Part shown: positions 17,494 through 27,410 of the stretch, in pieces
How positions within the stretch are numbered: position 1 is the stretch's first letter
Layout: each line of letters begins with the position of its first letter
DNA from: a bacterium
GTDB taxonomy: Bacteria; UBA8248
Assembly (NCBI GenBank): GCA_965219955.1
Contig: OZ244799.1
Span: 1,056,001 to 1,120,000, forward strand
Direction of reading: 5' to 3'
Length of the DNA: 64,000 nucleotides
Made by a program: the position numbers and the translations under genes
Notes under the pieces: model-generated
Told to the model about the DNA's origin: nothing
The model's database searches: none
Seen by the model: the letters and a program-made list of their open reading frames with translations, nothing else

Positions 17494-18225
17494 CTAGTTT
17501 GGGCTTGATGATTCAGGCGCGGGTATGCCCAGGTAATTCGACACGAGCCGCTCGTCCGACATCAGTTCCGCCGCAGTGCCGTGGAGCGTAATCCGTCCGC
17601 TTTCGAGAACGTAAGCCCGGTCGGCGAGCGCCAGAGTCCGCCGGACGTTCTGTTCGACGAGGAGGATGGTGATCCCCTCCTCGCGCAGCCGGGAGATCAG
17701 TCCGAAAACCTCCTCCGCCAGCCTGGGCGACAGGCCGAGCGAGGGTTCGTCCAGCAGCAGCATCCGGGGTTTGGACTCGAGCCCGCGGGCGAGCGCCAGC
17801 ATCTGCGCTTCGCCGCCGCTCAGGCCGGCGGCCGGACTGTCCAGTTTGTCCGCAAGGGCGGGGAACAGGCGCTGCAGGCCCGGGCGGCCGCGGCGCCGCA
17901 ACACGAACCGGCCGCTCTGATGGGCGGCGACCTGGAGGTTTTCCTCCACGCTCAAGGTTCCGAAGATCATCCGCCCCTCCGGAACCTGCACGATGCCGCG
18001 GGCGACGACGGCGTGCGACGGCAGGCCGCCGATCGACTCCCCCTCGAAGAGGATCTCGCCCTTCTCCGGCGGCACGATGCCCGAGACCGCATTGAGGACC
18101 GACGTCTTGCCGGCGCCGTTTGCGCCGATGATGGAAACGATCTCTCCGGGCCGGACTTCCAAGGACACCGCATCGACCGCGCGGATACCGCCGTAGGAGA
18201 CGCCCAGCCCGCGCACTTCAAGCAT
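17494..18225 (-). CDS. Branched-chain amino acid-type ABC ATP-binding protein (LivF-like), set 2
   Basis: GANGAGKT, LSGGEAQ, LLDEPSLGL and VEQN motifs. Confidence 0.9.
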   Translation of the reverse strand: MLEVRGLGVSYGGIRAVDAVSLEVRPGEIVSIIGANGAGKTSVLNAVSGIVPPEKGEILFEGESIGGLPSHAVVARGIVQVPEGRMIFGTLSVEENLQVAAHQSGRFVLRRRGRPGLQRLFPALADKLDSPAAGLSGGEAQMLALARGLESKPRMLLLDEPSLGLSPRLAEEVFGLISRLREEGITILLVEQNVRRTLALADRAYVLESGRITLHGTAAELMSDERLVSNYLGIPAPESSSPN

Positions 18226-18976
18226 CGGGCGCATCGTCCCTGCCCAGATAGGCTTCACGGACCTTCGCATCGGCGAACACCTCGCCCGGGAGGCCTTCCG
18301 CTATCTTGCGGCCGAAATCGAGCACGCAAATACGGGTGCACACGCCCGCGATCAGCGCCATCTTGTGCTCGATCACCACACAGGTGCGGTTCGGAGCGAC
18401 GACCTCATGGATGAGCCGGGCCATGTCCGCGGTCTCGGCCGGAGTCATGCCGCCCGCCGGTTCGTCCAGGAACACCAGCGGCGGATCGGTCGTCAGCGCG
18501 CGGGCGACCTCCAGGCGCCGGCGCGCCGGCAAGGGGAGGTTTTTCGCCAGCACTTCACGATCTTTCAGAAGTCCAAACAACTCCAGCATTTCATCGACTC
18601 TTCCGGTATCGGCGCATTTGTGCGTCGGTCGGCTTCGCAACAGTCCGAGCAGCCCGCCCGAAACCCGGCTGTGCTGCGAGGCCCACACGTTCTGGAAAAC
18701 GGTCATGGTTGGAAACAGGCGGATGTTCTGAAACGTGCGCGCGATTCCCAGGCGTGCTATCCGGTGCCCTCGCCATCCGGTGATGTCCGCGCCCTGAAAG
18801 GAAATGCGCCCGCCGCTCGGCGGGTACACGCCGGTCACGGTGTTCAGAAGCGTCGTCTTGCCCGATCCGTTGGGTCCGATGAGGCCCAGAACCTCTCCGG
18901 CCGCGACCTCGAGGTCGATCCTGTCGAGCGCCGCCAGAGCGCCGAAGCGTTTTTCGACCCTCCTAAGCGCGAGCAT
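18218..18976 (-). CDS. ABC ATP-binding protein (LivG-like), set 2
   Basis: GPNGSGKT, ARTFQNIRLF, LDEPAGG, EH and AYLG motifs. Confidence 0.9.
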   Translation of the reverse strand: MLALRRVEKRFGALAALDRIDLEVAAGEVLGLIGPNGSGKTTLLNTVTGVYPPSGGRISFQGADITGWRGHRIARLGIARTFQNIRLFPTMTVFQNVWASQHSRVSGGLLGLLRSRPTHKCADTGRVDEMLELFGLLKDREVLAKNLPLPARRRLEVARALTTDPPLVFLDEPAGGMTPAETADMARLIHEVVAPNRTCVVIEHKMALIAGVCTRICVLDFGRKIAEGLPGEVFADAKVREAYLGRDDAPDA

Positions 18977-19871
18977 GATTCCGCCTCGAGAACACGGCCT
19001 TCAACCGATGCACCCGCTCCTCGTCGAGGATGCCGCGCGGCATGAAGATCAACAGTATCGCCACCAGGCCGCCGAACACGATCATCCGGTAGCCCTGGAT
19101 GAAGCGAATCGCCTCCAGAAAGCCGACGTCGATGGCGACGCCGATGAGCGGTCCGAACGCCGTGCCGAGGCCTCCGATCAGGCCGTAGGCGAGGGCGTGC
19201 ACGCCCAGCATGACGTTGAAGAACTGCGGCTCCACATAGGTGGTGAAGTGTGCGTAGAGAGCCCCGCCGACGCCCGCGATCACACCGGCCGCCCCCACCG
19301 CCAGAATACGATAGCGCACGGTGTTCAGGCCCTGCATCTCGGCCAGCAGATCATCCGAACCGAGCATTCTGAGAACCGAACCCAGACGGGAGCGCTCGAC
19401 GAGCAGCAAGAAAATCACCGTCAGTGCGAGCAATCCGTAGATGAGGAGCATGAACTCGGTCAGGCTGATGTCGCGCTCGAACATCCAGCGGATGCCGTGG
19501 AATCCGTTTGCGCCCTCCGGACCTACCATCTCTCCATCGACTTCGACCTGAATTTCGACGATCAACAGGATCAGGCGCGCCATCTCCGCAAAAGCCAGGG
19601 TCGCTACCGAAAAGTAGAGACCGCTGAGCTGAAGCGTCAAAGCCCCCACGACCATCGCGATGATTCCGGCCACGCACGCGCCGACGAGAATTCCGGCCCA
19701 GATCGGCAACTGGAACATGGCGGTCGCAGCACCGGCCGCGTACGCGCTCAGGCCGAAGTAGGCCTGCTGGCCGAAGGAGATCTCCCCCGTCAGCAACAGC
19801 AGGTAGGCAGACAGCGCGATGAACGAGATCATGCCGATGTTCGACAGCACCGTGATGACGTAGTCGTCCAT
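18963..19871 (-). CDS. ABC permease (LivM-like), set 2
   Basis: GEISFGQ, GLYFSVATLAFAE and GGLGT motifs. Confidence 0.9.
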   Translation of the reverse strand: MDDYVITVLSNIGMISFIALSAYLLLLTGEISFGQQAYFGLSAYAAGAATAMFQLPIWAGILVGACVAGIIAMVVGALTLQLSGLYFSVATLAFAEMARLILLIVEIQVEVDGEMVGPEGANGFHGIRWMFERDISLTEFMLLIYGLLALTVIFLLLVERSRLGSVLRMLGSDDLLAEMQGLNTVRYRILAVGAAGVIAGVGGALYAHFTTYVEPQFFNVMLGVHALAYGLIGGLGTAFGPLIGVAIDVGFLEAIRFIQGYRMIVFGGLVAILLIFMPRGILDEERVHRLKAVFSRRNHARA

Positions 19872-19874
19872 CCC

Positions 19875-20774
19875 TCAAACCCGCCGGAAAGCGAGAGCCT
19901 CGCGGCTCAGAATGCGTTGACCCATGAGGCCGCCGGGCCGCAGCACCAGCATCCCGAACAGCAGCAGATATGCGCTGAGATCCTTGTATTCGTTACCCAG
20001 ATACCAGAGAGCGTGGGCTTCGACGACGCCCAGCAGCAAGCCGCCCAGAATCGCGCCCGGCAGCGACCCCATGCCGCCCAGCATCATCGCAATGAGACCC
20101 TTGAAGGTGGCCCACAAGCCGAAGAAGGGGGTAATCTGCGCATCCGTGGACAATATGGCGTAGCCTGCCACCCCGCCCATCAGGGACACCAGCGCGAATG
20201 CGCACAGCGTGACCCAGGCCGCATTGATGCCCATGTAGGCGGCGGCCAGAGAGCTTTCGGAGACCGCTCGCAACGCCAGGCCAAAACGGGTGCGATACAA
20301 CAGGACGTGCAAAACGCCGACCATGATCATCGCCAGGACCAGCATCGAGGTCTGTTCCGCCCGGAACAGAAAAGGTCCGAGTTCGAAGGAATCGGCTGCG
20401 AGCAAAGCGGGGAAGGCGTAGGTGCGCTCGGGCAGCAGATGAATTGCAGCTTCCTCCAACTGCATCCAGATCACGAAGCTCGACACCATCGACGCGAGCA
20501 CGGCGCTGCGGCGGATGGCGTGAAAGCACAAGCGTTCGACGTAGATGCCGACGAGGACGGTGCTCGTCAGTGTCGTAAGAGCGACGATCCACACACTGAC
20601 CTGATGATGCACATGCAGCCACGTGCCGATGTAGGCGCCGAGCATGATGGTGGCGCCGAAGGAGAGGTTGATCCGGCGCATCACGCCGAAAATGATCGTG
20701 AAGCCAATCGCCAGAAGCGCGTAGGACGAACCGAACATGATGCCGTCGACCGTATTCTGGACAAAATCGATCAA
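19875..20774 (-). CDS. ABC permease (LivH-like), set 2
   Basis: YALLAIGFTIIFG, TRFGLALRA, GGMGSLPGA and RPGGL motifs. Confidence 0.9.
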   Translation of the reverse strand: MIDFVQNTVDGIMFGSSYALLAIGFTIIFGVMRRINLSFGATIMLGAYIGTWLHVHHQVSVWIVALTTLTSTVLVGIYVERLCFHAIRRSAVLASMVSSFVIWMQLEEAAIHLLPERTYAFPALLAADSFELGPFLFRAEQTSMLVLAMIMVGVLHVLLYRTRFGLALRAVSESSLAAAYMGINAAWVTLCAFALVSLMGGVAGYAILSTDAQITPFFGLWATFKGLIAMMLGGMGSLPGAILGGLLLGVVEAHALWYLGNEYKDLSAYLLLFGMLVLRPGGLMGQRILSREALAFRRV

Positions 20775-20801
20775 GACGCGCTCCCACGACTCCGGTATTC
20801 G

Positions 20802-21518
20802 TTAATCCTTCTGCGACCCGAGGTAGGCCCGGTGAATGACCTCGTCTTCTGCGAGTTCACCGGGCGATCCCGAGAATGTGATTTCTCCGTTTTCGATGAG
20901 GTAGAACTTGTGGGCCACGGTCAGCGCCATATGGGCGTTTTGCTCGACCAGGAAAATCGTGACGCCTTCCGCATTCAGTTCGCGGATGATGCTGAAAATC
21001 TCCCTGACGATCAACGGCGCCAGCCCGATGGATGGTTCGTCCATGAGGAGAATCTTGGGACGATTCATCAGGCCCCTGGCGATGGCCAGCATCTGCTGCT
21101 CGCCTCCCGACAGAGTGCCCGCAAGCTGACCCTTGCGTTCTTCCAGGCGAGGAAAGCGCCGGTACATGTCCGCGACATCGGCCGCGACCTCCGCCTCGGA
21201 AGCCCGCCGGGAGTAGGCGCCGGCATGGAGGTTCTCCTCGACGTTCATGTAGGGAAAGACAAGACGGTTCTCGGGCACCAAAGCGAGGCCTCTTGACACC
21301 ACCCTGCTGGCCGGCAACCGCGTTATGTCATCGCCGCTCAAAACGACGGAGCCGGATTCGGGGGAAAGGATGCCTGCAATGGTGAACATGGTCGTCGTTT
21401 TGCCCGCGCCGTTCGGGCCGAGCAGACACGTGATTTCGCCCTCGGCCGCATCGAGGCAGATGCCTCGCAGCGCCTGAACTTTTCCGTAGGAAGTGACGAG
21501 ATCCCGAACGCTCAGCAT
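20802..21518 (-). CDS. ABC ATP-binding protein (LivF-like), set 1
   Basis: GPNGAGKT, LSGGEQQ, MDEPSIGL and VEQNA motifs. Confidence 0.9.
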   Translation of the reverse strand: MLSVRDLVTSYGKVQALRGICLDAAEGEITCLLGPNGAGKTTTMFTIAGILSPESGSVVLSGDDITRLPASRVVSRGLALVPENRLVFPYMNVEENLHAGAYSRRASEAEVAADVADMYRRFPRLEERKGQLAGTLSGGEQQMLAIARGLMNRPKILLMDEPSIGLAPLIVREIFSIIRELNAEGVTIFLVEQNAHMALTVAHKFYLIENGEITFSGSPGELAEDEVIHRAYLGSQKD

Positions 21519-21522
21519 GTTC

Positions 21523-22299
21523 TCAATCGCCCGTATCGAGAGAGGGGGCATCCGAGTCGGATGTTCCCAGGTAAGCCTCCTGCACGGCCTTGTTCCGCTG
21601 CACGTCGCCTGGAGTCCCGGATGCGATCTTCTGCCCGAAATTGAGAACGGCGATTTGCTCCGCCACACCCATGACGAGTTCCATCACGTGCTCGACGAGC
21701 AGAATCGTTACTCCGGAATCACGGATACGCCGAATGCGCAGGCTCAAATCATGAATCTCCTGGCGGTTCATGCCGGCTGCAGGTTCGTCCAGCAACAACA
21801 ACTTCGGGCGGGCCGCCGCGGCGCGGGCAAACTCCAGTCGCCGTTGTTCCCCGAATGCGAGGTTGGATGCGAGTTCATCGCTTTTGTGTTCCAGATCGGC
21901 GAGTTCGAGCAGGGTGGCGATCTCCCTCCGGGTCCGGCGGGTAGCGCCGAACCAGCGTGACAGAAAGCCTTGCGTGGCGAGATCCTCAGGTGAGTTCTGC
22001 GCCACCCACAGATTCTGCCATACGGTGAGATTCGGAAACAGGCGGATATTCTGGAACGTTCGGGCGATTCCCGCCCGCAGGCGCTGGTGCGGCGGCTTGC
22101 CGTTCATCAGTTCCTCGTGGAATCGAACCGTACCGGCCGTTTCCTGATACACGCCGCAGATCAGGTTGATGGTCGTGCTCTTGCCCGATCCGTTGGGGCC
22201 GATCAACCCGAAGATCTCACCCTCTTGAACCGTGATGTCCAGCTCATCTACGGCCCTGACTCCACCGAAGTGTTTCGACAGTCCGCTCAGCTCAAGCAT
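21523..22299 (-). CDS. ABC ATP-binding protein (LivG-like), set 1
   Basis: GPNGSGKS, ARTFQNIRLF, LDEPAAG and VEH motifs. Confidence 0.9.
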   Translation of the reverse strand: MLELSGLSKHFGGVRAVDELDITVQEGEIFGLIGPNGSGKSTTINLICGVYQETAGTVRFHEELMNGKPPHQRLRAGIARTFQNIRLFPNLTVWQNLWVAQNSPEDLATQGFLSRWFGATRRTRREIATLLELADLEHKSDELASNLAFGEQRRLEFARAAAARPKLLLLDEPAAGMNRQEIHDLSLRIRRIRDSGVTILLVEHVMELVMGVAEQIAVLNFGQKIASGTPGDVQRNKAVQEAYLGTSDSDAPSLDTGD

Positions 22300-23206
22300 C
22301 GGACTTCTCCTGCGCGCCGAGACCGACCGCGCGCTTCAGGACCTGGGCGGTGCGCGCATCGAACAGGCCGGAAGGCTTCAGGTTCATCGCCATGATGATC
22401 AGCAACCCGAACACGATGTTGCGCCAATCCCCCATGAATCGAAGCCCCTCCACGAGTACGCCCTGAATGAAGACGACCGCCACCAGGGTGCCGAACACGC
22501 TCGAGAGGCCGCCGAGGATCGGATAGGAGACCGCGAAGGTCGCGAGCAGCACGGTAAAGGTGAGGTGATCGACGTAGGTCGCCGTGTGCGCGTAAAGGGC
22601 TCCGCCGATTCCGGCGATGAAGCCTCCGGCGGTCATGGCCGTCACCTTTACCGCGGTGAGGTTGACGCCGACGCTTTGCGTCGCGAGTTCATCTTCTCCG
22701 ACCGCTCGCAACACCGCTCCGGCACGCGAACGGTCCATCCACCACAGCGCCGCCATGACCAGGATGACGAACGTCCAGACGAAGGCCGTGATCTCCCACG
22801 GCGACCATCCGTTCGCCACGAAGTACCGGATCTCGCGGAAGCCGTTGGTGCTGTCCGGCCCGACTACGATGTCGCCGCGCGGCACGCGCCAGCTCAGGTT
22901 GAAGAAGAACAGACGAACGAACTCGCCGAACGCGATGGTCGCGACCACCAGCATCAGTCCCTTTACCCTCAAGGCGGGAAAACCGACGAGGAACGCGAAG
23001 AACGCGGCAATGACCGCGGCCGCAAGCAGTGCGGGAAGAATGGGCAACTCGAAGATGACGGTGAGAATGCCTGCGGAGTAGGCTCCGATCGCAAAAAAGC
23101 CGGCCTGGCCCAATGAGAGTTGTCCGGTCAGCATCAGGACATACGCGGACAAGCCGAGAAGAGTGTGAATCCCGATGAGTTGGGCGAGGCCAAGGTAGTA
23201 CGACAT
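22292..23206 (-). CDS. ABC permease (LivM-like), set 1
   Basis: GQLSLGQ, ATIAFGE and ILGGL motifs. Confidence 0.9.
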   Translation of the reverse strand: MSYYLGLAQLIGIHTLLGLSAYVLMLTGQLSLGQAGFFAIGAYSAGILTVIFELPILPALLAAAVIAAFFAFLVGFPALRVKGLMLVVATIAFGEFVRLFFFNLSWRVPRGDIVVGPDSTNGFREIRYFVANGWSPWEITAFVWTFVILVMAALWWMDRSRAGAVLRAVGEDELATQSVGVNLTAVKVTAMTAGGFIAGIGGALYAHTATYVDHLTFTVLLATFAVSYPILGGLSSVFGTLVAVVFIQGVLVEGLRFMGDWRNIVFGLLIIMAMNLKPSGLFDARTAQVLKRAVGLGAQEKSDA

Positions 23207-23212
23207 CGGTGG

Positions 23213-24109
23213 CTAGTCCCGGTCTATCGCTGAGCCGAAGAGGCCGTCGGGTCTGAAAATCAGGAAAACGAACAGCAGCAGAAGCACGTACATATCGCGT
23301 TCGTTGACGCCCCGGAAGTACAGGAACGCATTTTCCAGCCCGCCGACCAGCAACCCGGCCGCAATGGCTCCCGGGATCGAGCCCAAGCCCCCGATAACGC
23401 TGACGATCAGGCCTTTCACCGTGAGCGGCACGGTGATCAGCGGCGACAGCACTCCGACAGCGGACGCCGTCATCGAGCCGGCGATGCCGCCTAGCAAGCC
23501 TGCGAGCACGAAAGTGATGGCGTTGGTCCGATGGACGTCGATGCCGCAGAGCTGAGCCGCCACGTCCTGTTGGGACACCGCTCGCGTCGCCAGGCCCAGC
23601 CGGGTTCGGTAGAGCACGTAGAGCAGTCCGATGGTGCTGACGATGTTCACCGCCAGCACGAACAGCAAATCGCCGCGCACCCCGTAAGGGCCCATTTCGA
23701 ACATCACGTCGTCGAACAGTGCCGGAAAAGTAAGCGGTGAACCATCGGTCGTATGCACGACGATCTCGTCGATGAAGAACAGCGCCCCGATGGAAGCCAT
23801 CAAGGCGGCAAGGTGGTTGTTGATGGGTATGAACCTGAAGCAGGTGATATACACGGCGCCGCCGATCAGCCCCGAGGCGAGCGCAGAGATCAGGAACACC
23901 ACCGGGGCCGGGGCTTTGATGAAGGTGAACGCGGCCAGGCCGACGTACGCCCCGGCCAGAGCCGCCGCGGCGTAGGTCATGTTGAGTTTTCGCATGGCGC
24001 CGAATATCAGGGAAAAGCCGATACCGATCAGCGCATAGGTCGTACCGAAGAACAGGCCGTCGCCGATGGTCTGGGTGATCTCTACGAACTCGAGCAAAAA
24101 ATCACTCAT
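23213..24109 (-). CDS. ABC permease (LivH-like), set 1
   Basis: YALIGIGFSLIFG, TRLGLATRA and GGLGSIPGA motifs. Confidence 0.9.
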   Translation of the reverse strand: MSDFLLEFVEITQTIGDGLFFGTTYALIGIGFSLIFGAMRKLNMTYAAAALAGAYVGLAAFTFIKAPAPVVFLISALASGLIGGAVYITCFRFIPINNHLAALMASIGALFFIDEIVVHTTDGSPLTFPALFDDVMFEMGPYGVRGDLLFVLAVNIVSTIGLLYVLYRTRLGLATRAVSQQDVAAQLCGIDVHRTNAITFVLAGLLGGIAGSMTASAVGVLSPLITVPLTVKGLIVSVIGGLGSIPGAIAAGLLVGGLENAFLYFRGVNERDMYVLLLLFVFLIFRPDGLFGSAIDRD

Positions 24110-24331
24110 GGTCTGATCTCATTTGTACCCTCAGCGACCAGGGACAATCAGCGTCGCGCGAGACTAATACCGGATACGTGATCGGACCTGCCTAGTCGTG
24201 TTTTCTCGCACTTTCCTGGGAAAGACGCCGGCCCCGGCCCGGCGACATGGTGAACGGGAGTTCGAGTAGATGTTGTTCACCATGTCGCCGCATCAAGGAT
24301 CCACCAGTCGCGATCCTGGTCGGAGACTGCG

Positions 24332-25609
24332 TTAGCGTGGATCGTGAACGACTTTCCACGTACCCTTTTGGGCTTGCACGAAGACGTAGGGTTTGATGGA
24401 TTCGCCCTCGTTCTGGACCCGACCGATCTCGCCCATCAGCCCATTGACCTTGACCAGGGCTTCGAGGCCGTCGCGGACCTTGCGCCTGTCGGCCTTCAGC
24501 GTCCCGGGCTTGGCCATGACGCCGGTCGCCTCGACCACCTGCTTGATGATGTGCGCGTTCTCCCAGGCGGCCGCGCTGTGCAGATCGGCGGCCCCGCCAT
24601 TGGCTTCGGCGGCGGCGGCGACCTTCGCGGCGGCCTTCGTGATCGGAGCGAAGCCGGTCGGGATGTAGATGCCCTCCGCGGCGGCGGAGCAACCCTTGAG
24701 GGTTTCCGCACTGGACGAACTGGTGAGTCCCACGAGCACCTTCGGCCTGATTCGCTGGCGCCTCAATTCCTTGAGCATGCCGCAGGTGGTGAAGGGGTGC
24801 GAGGAGATGATCATCATGTCGGCGCCCGATCTCTTGAAGGCGCGGGCCTGGACCGAGAAGTTCGTATCGGCAAGCAGCCAGTTGGACGATTTCGAGACTT
24901 TGAGCACATTCTTCATGCCCGCTATAATCTTGCCGGTCACCCCTTCGATGCCGCCGCCGACCCACTCGAAGCCGTATTTCTTGGCCTTTTGGACGATGAC
25001 GGCGGCGAAGGTGATCCTGGAGTGGGCCTGGTCGGTCTCGGTTCCGCCGTAGATCGTCTTGACGTCGGGATACTTCGAGCGCAGCCATTTGAACAACGCG
25101 TCATACATGGTGATCTCGTTGGGCACGTTGCGGAACGTCCATTGGGACTTTTTGGCAAGGCCGGGACGAATCGCTGTGTCGGTGAGAATGGGAAACTGAA
25201 GCCCGCTGTCAGACTTGTCGTCCACCTTTTTCTGAAAGATGCCGTACATGGCCGCCGCGGCGCCGGAGCACGTCGGGCCGATGCCGGCCAAAGCTTCGGT
25301 TTGCGATTCGACCTTGCGCGCAATCGAGATGGCCTGATCGGCATTGCAGGCGGAGTCGTAATAAGTGAATTCCATCTTGGCCATGGTGCCGTCGCCCAGT
25401 TTCACGCCGCCCGAATCGTTGATGGCCTTTATCGCTCCTTTGAGCACGGCCTCGGAGTTGACCCCGAAAGAGCGCAAGGGCCCCGACTTAGCACCCCAGG
25501 CCGCGATCTTGACGGTGCGCTCGGCCGCGACCACCGGATGCGCGAGCATGAAGAATGATGCGACCATGACGAACATAGCCGCTGCCGTGAGTTTTGTTGT
25601 AGCAGACAT
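24332..25609 (-). CDS. ABC substrate-binding protein (LivK/Peripla_BP_6 type)
   Basis: Signal peptide; AINDSGGV, YDSAC, GPTCSG and WTFRN motifs. Confidence 0.88.
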   Translation of the reverse strand: MSATTKLTAAAMFVMVASFFMLAHPVVAAERTVKIAAWGAKSGPLRSFGVNSEAVLKGAIKAINDSGGVKLGDGTMAKMEFTYYDSACNADQAISIARKVESQTEALAGIGPTCSGAAAAMYGIFQKKVDDKSDSGLQFPILTDTAIRPGLAKKSQWTFRNVPNEITMYDALFKWLRSKYPDVKTIYGGTETDQAHSRITFAAVIVQKAKKYGFEWVGGGIEGVTGKIIAGMKNVLKVSKSSNWLLADTNFSVQARAFKRSGADMMIISSHPFTTCGMLKELRRQRIRPKVLVGLTSSSSAETLKGCSAAAEGIYIPTGFAPITKAAAKVAAAAEANGGAADLHSAAAWENAHIIKQVVEATGVMAKPGTLKADRRKVRDGLEALVKVNGLMGEIGRVQNEGESIKPYVFVQAQKGTWKVVHDPR

Positions 25610-26088
25610 TTCGAGTCCTCCCGTTTGAGTTCCTCAGTGGGCTTGATCGCCATTGGCCAAGTGTTCGACTTTTGGGCGCCCCCATCTTGTCGTCAGCATT
25701 TATGGCCACCGAAATCCTGCGTCGAAGCGCTGGACACGGTTCATACCCTGCATTGTTACAAGAAACTGAATGCCAAACCATGCCCAATATAAGATTTATA
25801 TATCTCAATTTTGATAACAGTTTAGCGCCATATCATCTCAAAACGCGCCGCTCTGAGGATCGTCAGGTCTTCGTGCTCCCCGGCAATTGAGATGCGAGTA
25901 TCGCCACAACCGAACAAAATAAAACTGTGGTCGATATTACCGGATGCGAGGTCTTCCGCTACGGAGTCCCGCCATCGCGGATGCGCGCCGGCCTGCGTTC
26001 ACGTATTGCCGGATTCGGGTTCGGGAGTTGCCGGCATTCCGTTCGGGTGCACCGGATTCCGCGGCAAACGGACAATTGGCATCAAAGG

Positions 26089-26946
26089 GGGGTTGTTGAA
26101 AAAGTTCCGAACTCTGAATTTGTCGTATGCAATCGACCGACGAGAGAGAGGAACCACTCCCCCTCAAGGAGCTGTTGAAAAACCCCTGGTTTCGTGATTC
26201 TCCATATGGAGCCGACCGGGAAAGGGGTGCTGTAGGGACAGGTCGCGACCTGTCCCTACGAGACGGTGCGGTTTTGTTCGTCATTCCGGCGAAAGCCGGA
26301 ATCCATTTTGCTTTTTAGCTTTTCGCATTGATTCATCCCCATACGAAGATGGAATCAAACGCCTGAGCGGATCCGCCCTCCTCGGCTCCAGGCTCGGCAT
26401 TCTCTCCCGCCTTGATCGGGACTGACGCCGGAATACGATCAAAGGCGAAAATGGATTCCGGCTTTCGCCGGAATGACGGCCAAAACCCGAAACCGGGCGC
26501 AGGCGTCACTTCCTACTCGATAGGCTTTTTCAACAGCCCCTTGAGGGTCGGCCTTTCCTCCTCGGAAGCCAGACCTCCTCAAGGAGTTGTTGAAAAAGTC
26601 CTGATGAGGGAGGGGTTTGTTCCGTAGGGGCTGCTCGCGAACGGTCTTTGCCGGAGAAACGGGCGCTTCACGAAGCGCCCCTACGACACCTTTCCGGAGA
26701 GATCGCAACACCCGTCATTCCGGCGGAAGCCGGAATCCATTTGTTTTGCCTTTGTTTTCTCTTTTTTGATTGGTTTCCGCCAATGCCGAGGAGATGAAAA
26801 GCCGGCGTATCGTCACTCTGCTTTAGAATGGATTCCGGCTTTCGCCGGAATGACGGCAGTGGCCAATTCCGACCGGGGGTGACTTTTTCAACAGGCCCCT
26901 CAAAGGGGGAGTGGTTCCTCTCTCCTCGGATTTTTTCAACAACCCC
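26089..26946. mobile_element. Nested TIR-bounded composite repeats (outer element with two inner elements)
   Basis: Outer TIRs 26089-26103 and 26932-26946; perfect 21-bp IR 26144-26164 / 26904-26924; inner elements 26168-26540 and 26583-26899. Confidence 0.8.
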
Positions 26947-27086
26947 TAAACGGATTGCCTGGTTATCGAGTCTGGCGGGCGAGTGCGGCCCCGTGCAGAA
27001 CGGCGTTCGCAACCCGTGACAATCGCAGCTGGGAAAAATTTATTGTTCAGAGGCAATCGTTGTTTTATTATTATTGGAATTGAGAA

Positions 27087-27114
27087 CAACCAATAGCACA
27101 AATGATATTGGTTG
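27087..27114. promoter_or_regulatory. Candidate operator (inverted repeat)
   Basis: CAACCAATA-N10-TATTGGTTG in AT-rich DNA upstream of the LysR gene. Confidence 0.45.
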
Positions 27115-27410
27115 ATGGTTGTCCCGCTTGTTTTATAGAGCACTTCCGGAAATCCTGCCGGGAGCTCCAAAAACGGCGTCGCCCACGGCTGGCGCCGGCC
27201 GGGAAGCACGCAGCCGCGAAAGAGAGGTTCGGAGCCGATGTGTGTTCGCCAGTCCGGTCAGATGTCACATTTCTTTCTGCCCGGGCGGGCCGGAAAGGGA
27301 GGACACGCGGGCGTCCCTGCGGTCGCATGCCCATGGTCCGGCGAGGGCTCGACGAAAAGCCTTCGTCTCCACGCCCCGGCGCATTCTCGGGCGAACATTG
27401 GAGGCCGGTC

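Noticed and set aside
18804-21296. 830-aa ORF on the + strand (and similar long antisense ORFs such as 24344-25558 and 62177-63460)
   Set aside because: Antisense shadows of well-supported genes in GC-rich DNA, with no recognisable motifs
26089-26946. Possible CRISPR array in the repeat-dense intergenic regions
   Set aside because: The repeats are inverted doublets of several families with irregular spacing, not equal-length direct repeats with unique spacers; no cas genes
27102-27410. Long N-terminal extensions predicted for LysR (and for 15626, 33508 and 45751)
   Set aside because: Family homology begins at downstream ATGs; the extensions run through promoter, repeat or upstream-gene DNA
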